From: Gemmatimonadota bacterium
Lineage (GTDB): Bacteria; Gemmatimonadota; Gemmatimonadetes; Longimicrobiales; Gaopeijiaceae
Assembly (NCBI GenBank): GCA_040880165.1
Contig: JBBDIW010000057.1
Location: 1-24,430 of the forward strand
DNA length: 24,430 bases
Direction of reading: 5' to 3'
The notes beneath the pieces were generated by a model. It worked only from the letters and a program-made list of their open reading frames with translations, did no database searches and was not told the DNA's origin. The position numbers were made by a program, and so were the translations under genes. Shown one piece after another: positions 8,677 through 16,909 of this stretch. Within the stretch, counting starts at the first letter, position 1, and the number at the start of each line of letters is the position of its first letter.

Positions 8677-10575
8677 CTACCTTTCTCTGTGTTCCGTGCG
8701 GTGGCTCTTGCGCGCCACCGATGACCAGTCGAGTCCGATCGCCCTTCGCTCTCTGCCGAGCCGAGCCTTCTCCTCGAGAAGTCCCAGCTTTTCTTCCTCG
8801 CTGCGTGCCTCGTCCAGACGCTGATTCACGTCGCGCCACTTCCGGTCGAACGCGAGTCCCTCGATCCGGCCGACGGATTCGAGGAAGACGCGCTCTGCAT
8901 GAACCAGCTCTTCCGTACTGGCCATCAGCTCCTCCAGCCGTCGCGCCGCGGCCTCGTCCATCCCGTCCGGCGCGCGCACCAGATCCGGATCCTCCAGGAG
9001 TGCTTCAAAGATGGCACGGTATGCCGGCTCCACAAAGTCGGTGGGCCCGATCCGCTCGGCCGCGCGGTCGATCCACCCCCGGTCCTTGACCAGGAGAAGC
9101 AGGAGCTTGCGCTCCGGCCCCATCCCCGGGATCCGGGAGTATGACGCGGGACCCGGGCGGTTCGGGCGCTGGGCCCGGGGCGTGTCGGGTCGCCGCGCTC
9201 GCCCCGCCTCCTCCCGTTGCGGCCGGGTACCCGCCGCGCGGCCGTCTCTGCCGATGCCTCCTCCCGGGCCGCCTTCGAGCTCCGCCTCGAGCGTCTCGCG
9301 CCTCACCCCCGTCCGGTCCGCGACCTTCGAGACGTAGATGTCCCGCAGGGTCGGGTCGAGCGTCGCCCGGATGGTGGGGAGGAGCCGGTCCACCGCGTCC
9401 CGCGTTCCCTCGATCGACCCGAAGGAGTCACGCTCCTCCAGGATCCGCAGCTTCCGCTCGAGCACGTCCAGGGCCTGGGCGAGGTAGCCCTCCAGCCCAT
9501 CCTTCCCCTCTTTCCGCACCACGGAATCGGGATCCTCGCCTTCGGGAAAGGTGGCCACGGAAGGGTGCACCCCGGCCGCGAGAAGCGTGTCGCCCGCCCG
9601 AAATGTCGCCTTCAGCCCCGCGAGATCGCTGTCGAACAGGAGCACCGCGCGCTTCGCGTACCGTCCCACCAGCCGGGCCTGCTCCTCCGTCATCGCCGTC
9701 CCGAGCGTCGCGACCACGTGCTCGAAGCCTCCCGCGGCGAGCGACACCGCGTCCATGTACCCCTCCACGACGAGCGCCGCCCCCTCCTTCCGGATCGCGT
9801 GCTTTCCCCGCGCCAGACCGTAGAGCACGCTCCCCTTGTGGTAGATCGTCGTCTCCGGCGAGTTCAGGTACTTGGGCGGCGCGTGCCGCCCCGGCTTCGG
9901 CTTCGCGCCCGGGACGGACGGGAGCGCCCGTCCTCCGAAGGCGACCACGCGCTTGCCGGTGCCCTCGATCGGGAAGATGATCCGGTCGCGGAAGCGGTCG
10001 TACGGCTCCTTCCCCTCGTCGCCGGTGAGCAGCCCGGCCGCGAAGAGGATCTGGTCGTCGATCCCGTGCTTCGCGGCCGCGTCCCGCAGGTTCCGCCATC
10101 CGTCGGGCGCGAAGCCGAGGTCGAAGCGCTCGGCGGTCGCCTCGTCGATGCCGCGCTCCTCCAGATACGCGCGGGCGCCGGCGCCGACCTCCGGATCCGT
10201 CAGCCGTCCCCGGTAGTAGTCGCGCGCGAATGCATTCGCCTCCCAGAGCGCCCGGTTGGGATCGTCGTCCTGCTCCCCCCGCGCGACCTCCCGGACGTCG
10301 ACGCCGACGCGGCCGCCGACGTGCTTCACGGCCTCCACGAAATCGAGCCCCAGCCGCTTCATCACGAATGTGAAGGCGTCGCCGGATTCCCCGCAGCCGA
10401 AACAGTTGTAGAAGCCCTTGGCGGGCACCACGTAGAAGCTGGGCGTCCGGTCGTCGTGGAAGGGGCACTTGCCCTTGAACTCCCGGCCGGACTTCTTGAG
10501 CTCCACCACCTCGCCGACGATGTCGACGATGTCCGCACGGGCGCGCACCTCGTCCACCACGTGATCCGGGATCAT
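8677..10575 (-). CDS. dnaG: DNA primase
   Basis: CHC2 zinc finger (CPFHDDRTPSF...CFGC), FRDRIIFPI, KYLNSPET and TOPRIM motifs VEGYMD and FDSDLAG. Confidence 0.97.
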   Translation of the reverse strand: MIPDHVVDEVRARADIVDIVGEVVELKKSGREFKGKCPFHDDRTPSFYVVPAKGFYNCFGCGESGDAFTFVMKRLGLDFVEAVKHVGGRVGVDVREVARGEQDDDPNRALWEANAFARDYYRGRLTDPEVGAGARAYLEERGIDEATAERFDLGFAPDGWRNLRDAAAKHGIDDQILFAAGLLTGDEGKEPYDRFRDRIIFPIEGTGKRVVAFGGRALPSVPGAKPKPGRHAPPKYLNSPETTIYHKGSVLYGLARGKHAIRKEGAALVVEGYMDAVSLAAGGFEHVVATLGTAMTEEQARLVGRYAKRAVLLFDSDLAGLKATFRAGDTLLAAGVHPSVATFPEGEDPDSVVRKEGKDGLEGYLAQALDVLERKLRILEERDSFGSIEGTRDAVDRLLPTIRATLDPTLRDIYVSKVADRTGVRRETLEAELEGGPGGGIGRDGRAAGTRPQREEAGRARRPDTPRAQRPNRPGPASYSRIPGMGPERKLLLLLVKDRGWIDRAAERIGPTDFVEPAYRAIFEALLEDPDLVRAPDGMDEAAARRLEELMASTEELVHAERVFLESVGRIEGLAFDRKWRDVNQRLDEARSEEEKLGLLEEKARLGRERRAIGLDWSSVARKSHRTEHRER

Positions 10576-13112
10576 GGAAGGCTCACGACCGTGACGCCGG
10601 CGCCGCCCTCTCCGGCCCCGCCGACGCGGAACTCCCGGATGCGCGCGTCCTCGCGGAGCAGCTCCTTCACCCGGGCGCGCAGCGCGCCGGTGCCCTTGCC
10701 GTGGATGATGCGCAGCTCGGGCAGCCCGCCCACGATCGCGTCGTCGAGCGCTCTTCGCAGCGCGTGGTCCACCTCGTCGATGCGCAAGCCGCGCAGGTCG
10801 GCCTCCAGCGAAGCGTCCGGCATTTCGGCGCGCCAGGAGCCGCCGGCCGCCTTGCTGGACGGCTCGACTGCGTCGGCCGCGACGGCCCCACCGGTTCCGC
10901 CGCCCCCGTCGGAGGAGCTCGCCGAAGCCGCGGCCGATCGACCGCCGCTCCCACCGCCACGGGACCGGCTCCCCGACCCGTCCCCGGTTCCTCTGGAGCC
11001 GCCGCTGCCTCTGCCTCGATCCGTGCCGGCGGGAAAGCCGCCTTGCACTGGCGTGATGTCCGCCAGGGAGAGCCTCATGCGCAGGCCGGAGGCCTCGACG
11101 ACCACCCGATCGTCCCGCACCTCGAGCACGGTCCCCTTGGCGCCGCTCCCCAGGACGCGCACCCGGTCGCCTTCCCGGACGGGACCGGACGGCGGCGCGT
11201 CGCCGTCCCCGCGGCGCGGCACGCCCTCCCGCTGCTCCCGGACCGCGCGCTCGACCCGCTGCCTCGCCCGCCGCTCCCGTTCCCCGCGCGCCTCGGGCGT
11301 CGATTCTCCCGCCGCGTCGCGCACCTCCTCGATGGCGCGCTCCACTTCCGCGCGTGCCTCCAGGAGCCGCTGCGCCGCCTCCTCTCGGCTCTTCTGCTCC
11401 GCCGTCCGTTCCCGCTCCTGCAAGCCGCTCTCGCGCTCCTCCAGCTCGGCGCGCAGGCGGACGACCTCGTCCCGCTCCTCTGCGAGCGTCCGGACGATTT
11501 CCTCCATCTCCTTCTCCTTGCGCTCGAGCTTGCCGAGGAGCTCCTCCACGCTGACCTCGTCGCGCGGCATGTGTCCCTCGGCCCGGTCGAGAATGTCCGC
11601 CGGGAAGCCGAGCCGGCGCGCGATCGCGAGCCCGTAGCTCCGGCCGGGGCGTCCCTTCTGGAGCATGTAGGTCGGCTCCAGCCGGTCCGGGTCGAACTGC
11701 AGCGACGCGTTCACGATCCCGCTCCCCTCACGGTCCAGCCGCTTGAGCGCGCCCAGGTGGGACGTCACCACGGAGAGCGCCTGCCGCTCCACGAGGTGCT
11801 CCAGGACGGCGCGCGCCAGCGCCGCCCCTTCCGTCGGGTCGGTGCCGGTGCCCATCTCGTCCATCAGGACGAGGGAGCCGGGGCCCGCGTCCTCCACGAT
11901 CTCGCGCGCGTTCGTCAGGTGCGCCGAGAAGGTGGAGAGGCTTTCCGCGATCGACTGCTCGTCCCCGATGTCGGCGAAGATCCCCGTGAAGACGGGCAGG
12001 CGCGTCCCGGAGCCGACGGGCGGAATTACGCCGCTCTGGGCCAGCGCGCTGATGAGCCCGATCGCCTTCAGAAAGACGCTCTTTCCGCCCGTGTTCGGGC
12101 CGGAGACCACGAGCGCGCGCTCCCCCGGCTCCAGGACGAGGTCGAAGGGGACGACGCGGACGTCCGGACCCTCCAGCAGAAGGGGGTGGCGTCCGTCGGC
12201 GATCGCGACTTCGCCGCTCCCGGCGGGAAGCACGACCGGCGCGAAACCACTCCAGCTCCGGGCGGTGCGGGCGCGGGCGTAGAGGGAGTCGAAATCCACG
12301 AGGGCCGACTGGCTTCCGGCGAGCAGGTCGGCGATGGGGCGGAGTCCGTCGGTGAAGTCGCGCAGGATGCGGTGTACCTCCTGCGACTCCTCGCGCTCCA
12401 GCTCCTGCAGATCGTTCGCGAGCCGGATCGCCAGCGGCGGCTCCACGAAGAGCGTCGCGCCGGTCGCGGATTCGCCGTGGACCACGCCCCCCACCTCGCG
12501 GCGCCCCTCCCTGCGGATGGGGATGACGTAGCGTCCGTTCCGGATCGTGACGGAGGCGTCGGGGACGACCCACCGGTCGGAGAGCGTCCGAAGATAGCCC
12601 TCGAGCTGCTCGACGATGCGCCCGTTCGCCTGCCGGATCCGACCGCGGATGCCGCGCAGCGTACGGGAAGCGTCGTCCATCACATGCCCCTCGGGGTCGA
12701 CCGCCCGCTGGACGGCGCCCTCCCGCTCCCGGTCCACATGGAGGCGCTCGCGCAGCCCGACGAGGAGGGGGTAGCCCCCGCCGTCCTTCCCGAACCCCTC
12801 GCGCAGGAGCCGAGCGGAAGCGAGCAGCGCGCCCAGCCCCGCAAGCTCCCGTCCCTCGAGCACGCTCCCCGCCAGCCCGAGGCGACGCAGCCCGGTCCGT
12901 GCGTCCGGAATGGCGGGTGGCGCCCAGTCCTCCCGGTCCGCCAGCAGCCGCATCGTCTCGGACACGCGCGCCAGCTCGGCGCGGATCGCGTACTCGTCCG
13001 TGGAGGGCGCGAGCGCCAGGACGGCTTCTCGGCCCATCGCGCTCGCCGCGCGTGCCGCGACGCTCTCCAGAACGCGCGGAAACTCCAGGACCTCGAGGGC
13101 GTGGCGGTTCAC
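10572..13112 (-). CDS. mutS2: MutS2 (endonuclease / collided-ribosome splitting factor) with C-terminal Smr domain
   Basis: N-terminal ALEVLEF, HGESATGATLFVEP, Walker A GPNTGGKS, DIGDEQSI.ESLSTFSAH, DEMGTGTDP, coiled coil, KOW-like region, and Smr motifs DLRG...IIHGKGTGALR. GTG start at 13112. Confidence 0.96.
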   Translation of the reverse strand: MNRHALEVLEFPRVLESVAARAASAMGREAVLALAPSTDEYAIRAELARVSETMRLLADREDWAPPAIPDARTGLRRLGLAGSVLEGRELAGLGALLASARLLREGFGKDGGGYPLLVGLRERLHVDREREGAVQRAVDPEGHVMDDASRTLRGIRGRIRQANGRIVEQLEGYLRTLSDRWVVPDASVTIRNGRYVIPIRREGRREVGGVVHGESATGATLFVEPPLAIRLANDLQELEREESQEVHRILRDFTDGLRPIADLLAGSQSALVDFDSLYARARTARSWSGFAPVVLPAGSGEVAIADGRHPLLLEGPDVRVVPFDLVLEPGERALVVSGPNTGGKSVFLKAIGLISALAQSGVIPPVGSGTRLPVFTGIFADIGDEQSIAESLSTFSAHLTNAREIVEDAGPGSLVLMDEMGTGTDPTEGAALARAVLEHLVERQALSVVTSHLGALKRLDREGSGIVNASLQFDPDRLEPTYMLQKGRPGRSYGLAIARRLGFPADILDRAEGHMPRDEVSVEELLGKLERKEKEMEEIVRTLAEERDEVVRLRAELEERESGLQERERTAEQKSREEAAQRLLEARAEVERAIEEVRDAAGESTPEARGERERRARQRVERAVREQREGVPRRGDGDAPPSGPVREGDRVRVLGSGAKGTVLEVRDDRVVVEASGLRMRLSLADITPVQGGFPAGTDRGRGSGGSRGTGDGSGSRSRGGGSGGRSAAASASSSDGGGGTGGAVAADAVEPSSKAAGGSWRAEMPDASLEADLRGLRIDEVDHALRRALDDAIVGGLPELRIIHGKGTGALRARVKELLREDARIREFRVGGAGEGGAGVTVVSLP

Positions 13113-13206
13113 CGTGACCTTCGTCCTCCAGCAGCCGGGCGACAGGGCCGCGATGTTCCCGCGTTCCCCTGCCGCTGCGGTGCGCCCGCCGGGGCCGCGC
13201 AATGAT

Positions 13207-13644
13207 TCACGACAGCATCTCCCGCACGATCCGATTCGCCTCGCGGCCGTCGAAGAGACCACGCAGGCGGGGCATGACCTTGCCCATGACCGGCCCCACC
13301 TCGGCCGGCCCCTCGCGAATCGCCTCCTCCACGATCGCCCGGACCTCGGCCTCGTCCAGCTGCGGGGGGAGAAAGGCGATGAGCACCTCCGCCTCCTTCT
13401 CCTCCTTCTCGGCGAGCTCGAGTCGGTCCCCCTGGCGCATCTGGTCGGCCGCTTCCCGGCGCTGCTTGATCGCCTTCGCGATCACCGCCTGGATCTCCTC
13501 GTCGTCCAGCGGATGGCCCACCTCGATCTCGCGATTACGGACCTCGGAAAGGGTGGAGCTGAGCACCACCGTGGTCAGACGATCGCGCTCCTTGCGCACC
13601 CGGATCAACGCTTCCTGCAATCGGCTCTTCAGGTCTCCGCTCAA
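13207..13644 (-). CDS. yqeY: GatB/YqeY domain protein
   Basis: Motifs KAIKQRREA, AEKEEKEAEVL..FLPPQL and GPVMGKVM. TTG start at 13644 with a strong GGAGGAGG SD. Confidence 0.9.
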   Translation of the reverse strand: MSGDLKSRLQEALIRVRKERDRLTTVVLSSTLSEVRNREIEVGHPLDDEEIQAVIAKAIKQRREAADQMRQGDRLELAEKEEKEAEVLIAFLPPQLDEAEVRAIVEEAIREGPAEVGPVMGKVMPRLRGLFDGREANRIVREMLS

Positions 13645-13733
13645 GCTCCTCCTCCAGTCGTGCGCCTCGTCCGGCACACCGTGATCCGGTTCCCGCCGAT
13701 CGACGATCGACGGCTCGATCCCTCTCCCGTATC

Positions 13734-14084
13734 CTACCCCGGCGGCCACCCGAATTGCCGGCCTCCGAGGAGATGCAGATGGAGATGGAATACGGACTGT
13801 CCGGCGCCCGCTCCGCTGTTGAGGACGAGCCTGTAGCCGCTCTCGACGAGCCCCTCCTCGCGGGCGATGTCCCTCGCGGCGAGCAGAAGCTCCCCTATCA
13901 CGGGCGCGTCGCCGTCCTCCAGGTCGGCCACCGACGGGACGTGCGCCCGCGGAATCACGAGGATATGGGTCGGCGCCTTGGGGTCGAGGTCGCGGAACGC
14001 CACGACCCGCTCGCCGTCGTAGACCCGGTCGGAGTCGATCTCGCCCGACGCGATCCTGCAGAAGATACAGCCGGAATCGGTCAT
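13734..14084 (-). CDS. hit: Histidine triad nucleotide-binding protein (HinT/PKCI-like)
   Basis: Motifs CIFCRI, AFRDLDPKAPTHILVIP, GQSVFHLHLHLLGG and a WPPG end. ATG at 14084 with an AGAGG SD. Confidence 0.94.
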   Translation of the reverse strand: MTDSGCIFCRIASGEIDSDRVYDGERVVAFRDLDPKAPTHILVIPRAHVPSVADLEDGDAPVIGELLLAARDIAREEGLVESGYRLVLNSGAGAGQSVFHLHLHLLGGRQFGWPPG

Positions 14085-14242
14085 CCCTCTTCTCCTCGTC
14101 GTGGAAGGTCCCAGGGAGCCATGGGAGGTGCCCCGCTCCACCCCATAGCTTCGCTCAGCGTCCGCCTCACGCGCGGGGCATCGTCGGACTTCGACGGTCG
14201 GGCCCGCGCGCCTGTCTCTTCACCTCCAGGGAGGATCCCGCG

Positions 14243-14734
14243 ATGGAACCCTTCGCAGAACGTATGGCCCGGATCGCAAGCCGTCACCCGCTCCCGGCGC
14301 TGCCGCTCCAGGAAGTGCGCCACCTCCTGCGCCGCGACACCCCCGGCCCGTCGCCCGACGAGGGCTTTCTTCTGGGCTGGCTCGCGCGGCGTCCCGACCT
14401 GTTCCGCATCCTCGATCCCTGGCAGGGAGCCTGGCGCGGCATCCTGGACGTGCGTCCGGAGGACGGCGTCCGCTACCTGCCGTACCTGCGGGAGCAGGGC
14501 GTTTCTCCCCGCTGGCCCTGGGTCGTCACGCTCCTCGCCGAAGGACCGGGTTGGTCCGGGGGCGTGGAGGGGCCGCCGCGCACGCGGGGCCTCGCCCGGA
14601 TGCGCGACAGCCTCCTGGCGCTCTCCCGGGAGGTCGACGGGGACTCCGTGCCCGAGCTGACCCGGTGGTGCCGGATCATCAGGGAGCAGCGGGATCTTCT
14701 GGCAAAGCTCGGTCGTCCGGCCGCAAGCCCCTGA
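14243..14734 (+). CDS. Hypothetical protein, 163 aa, no recognised family
   Basis: Fills a ~600-bp gap that has no credible minus-strand gene. GGGAGG lies 7 nt before the ATG. The composition looks like a globular protein (Trp/Leu-rich amphipathic segments) rather than the R/P/G-rich shadow ORFs. Confidence 0.65.
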   Translation: MEPFAERMARIASRHPLPALPLQEVRHLLRRDTPGPSPDEGFLLGWLARRPDLFRILDPWQGAWRGILDVRPEDGVRYLPYLREQGVSPRWPWVVTLLAEGPGWSGGVEGPPRTRGLARMRDSLLALSREVDGDSVPELTRWCRIIREQRDLLAKLGRPAASP

Positions 14735-15683
14735 AGCGGGCGCTCCACCACTCGTCCTCCCGGTCCTCCTCCTCGAGCCGGAATCCGTGCGGGAGGGCCA
14801 CCCGGAGGAAGTCGTCGCTCTCCGTCTGAAGGATTCCGCTCACGATGAGCCACCCGCCGGGAGCCAGCGCCGCGGCGAAGCCCGAAAGGAGGGGAATCAG
14901 CACGCCGCTCTCGATGTTGGCGATGATGCCGTCGAAGCTCCCCCGGGAGGTGAGGGAGCCGACCGACGCCCAGGTCTCGACGATCTCGACGACCTCGATT
15001 CCGTTCAGCGCCAGATTCTCGGCGGCCGCCGCCGTCGCGTACGGATCCCCCTCCACCGCGACGACTTCCCTCGCCCCGAGTCGTGCCGCCGCGATCGCGA
15101 GGATGCCGGACCCGGAGCCCACGTCGAGGACGCGCTCGCCGGGCGCCAGCGTCCGGTCCAGCAGGCGGATCGAGCCGCGCGTCGTGCCGTGCTCGGCCGT
15201 TCCGAAGGCGAGGCCCGGGTCGATCGTGATCACGATCTCTCCCTCGCGCGGCGGGGGGGTGTCCCAGCTGGGGGCGATCGTTACGCGGTCCGTGATCCGG
15301 CGCGGCCGCAGCCCGCGCTTCCAGTACTCGGCCCAGTCCTCCTGCGACTGCCACGCCCACTCGACCTCCAGCGAGGGGATCCCCGTGAGCGCCACGAGCC
15401 GCTCCCGCGCCTCCGCCACGAACGCCTCCGCGTCCGGGGGCTCGGGGAGGTGTGTCGTGAACCCTTCCGCGAACTCGGTTACCGCTCGCCCGCCCAGCGC
15501 GATCAGCGCCTCCGCAAAGAGGCCTGCCGCGTCGGAATCGGCCGAGGATCCGGCCGCTTCGTCGGGGCGGGAGCCGGCGCCGCCTCCAGTGGTGCCAGGC
15601 TCGGCGATCTGTGCATCCGGGCCGGAGCACGATGCGGGGAGCGACGGCCGCACCGTGAGCACGAGCCATCGCTCGGGGACCAT
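14679..15683 (-). CDS. prmA: Ribosomal protein L11 methyltransferase
   Basis: Motifs EDWAEYWK, IAPSW, IDPGLAFGT..HGTT, VLDVGSGSGIL, ANI and LIVSGIL. It follows dnaJ (TGATG overlap), the usual dnaJ-prmA order. Confidence 0.92.
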   Translation of the reverse strand: MVPERWLVLTVRPSLPASCSGPDAQIAEPGTTGGGAGSRPDEAAGSSADSDAAGLFAEALIALGGRAVTEFAEGFTTHLPEPPDAEAFVAEARERLVALTGIPSLEVEWAWQSQEDWAEYWKRGLRPRRITDRVTIAPSWDTPPPREGEIVITIDPGLAFGTAEHGTTRGSIRLLDRTLAPGERVLDVGSGSGILAIAAARLGAREVVAVEGDPYATAAAAENLALNGIEVVEIVETWASVGSLTSRGSFDGIIANIESGVLIPLLSGFAAALAPGGWLIVSGILQTESDDFLRVALPHGFRLEEEDREDEWWSARFRGLRPDDRALPEDPAAP

Positions 15684-16843
15684 CAGGAGGTGAAGGCCTC
15701 CTTGACCCTCGACCAGAAGCCGCGTCGGCCACCCCGATCGATCCGCTCGGGAGCCGGGTCCTCCAGCTCGCGCAGCGTCCGGAAGAGCTTCTCCTGTTCC
15801 GGGTCCAGCTGTTCGGGCGTCCAGACGACGATGCGAACGAGCTGGTCTCCCCTGCCCCGGCCATTCAGTCCCGGAAGCCCCTGTCCGCGCAGGCGCAGGA
15901 GCTCGCCCCCCTGGACGCCGGGGGGAACCGTCAGCTGCACCACGCCCTCCACGGTCGGCACCTCGATCTCGTCGCCCAGCGCGGCCTGCGCGAAGGTGAC
16001 CGGGAGCTCGAAGACGACATCAGCGCCGTCGCGGATGAATCGCGGGTCTTCCTCCACGTCGAGGAGGACCATGATGTCCCCGCGGGGGCCGCCGCGCGGA
16101 CCCACGTTTCCGCGGCCGCGCAGCGTGAGAAAGTTCTCCGACGTCACGCCCGGCGGCACCTCGACCTCGATGTCGCGCTCCTGGCGGGTGCGGCCGTCCC
16201 CGTGGCACTGCGGACACGGATCCGAGATGACCTGGCCCTCGCCGCCGCAGGTCCGGCAGGGGGCGACGCTCACGAACTGCCCGAAGACGGACTGCTGCGC
16301 GTGGCGCTCCTGGCCGGTGCCGCCGCACGTCGAGCACGGGACGGCGCCCTCGCCGCTCGCCGATCCGCTGCCCGAGCAGAGATCGCATTCTTCCAGGAGC
16401 GACACCCGGATCGTCTTTTGCACGCCCCGCGCGACGTCGAGAAGGCTCAGGGAAAGGCGCACGCGCACGTTCTGGCCCTTGTGGACGGCACTCCCACCTC
16501 CACGGCGGCGCCGCTGCCCGAACAGATCCTCGAAGCCGGCCCCGCCACCCCCGAAATCGCGCATGAAGATCTCGATGGCGTCGGCGAAGTCGAAGCCGCC
16601 GAAACCACCCGGTCCGCCCCGGGACTTCAGCCCCTGCTCGCCGTACTGGTCGTAGATCGCCCGGCGCTCCGGATCGCGGAGCACTTCGTACGCCTCCGTG
16701 ATCTCCTTGAACTTCTCCTCCGCCTCCGCGGAGCCCTGGTTCGTGTCCGGGTGGTGCTCCATCGCCTTCTTCCGGTAGGCCTTCTTGATGTCGCCTTCCG
16801 AGGCGCCCCGGGCGAGTCCCAATCTTTCGTAGTAATCAGCCAT
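15683..16843 (-). CDS. dnaJ: Chaperone DnaJ
   Basis: J-domain with HPD, a G/F-rich region, four CxxCxGxG repeats ([32 protein letters not shown]) and the C-terminal domain. Confidence 0.97.
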   Translation of the reverse strand: MADYYERLGLARGASEGDIKKAYRKKAMEHHPDTNQGSAEAEEKFKEITEAYEVLRDPERRAIYDQYGEQGLKSRGGPGGFGGFDFADAIEIFMRDFGGGGAGFEDLFGQRRRRGGGSAVHKGQNVRVRLSLSLLDVARGVQKTIRVSLLEECDLCSGSGSASGEGAVPCSTCGGTGQERHAQQSVFGQFVSVAPCRTCGGEGQVISDPCPQCHGDGRTRQERDIEVEVPPGVTSENFLTLRGRGNVGPRGGPRGDIMVLLDVEEDPRFIRDGADVVFELPVTFAQAALGDEIEVPTVEGVVQLTVPPGVQGGELLRLRGQGLPGLNGRGRGDQLVRIVVWTPEQLDPEQEKLFRTLRELEDPAPERIDRGGRRGFWSRVKEAFTS

Positions 16844-16909
16844 GTCTGTCCGTCAGGACGGGGTTCCCGTCGGGGCGCGGCTGCGCACCCCCGGAACACC
16901 GTCGGGTTC

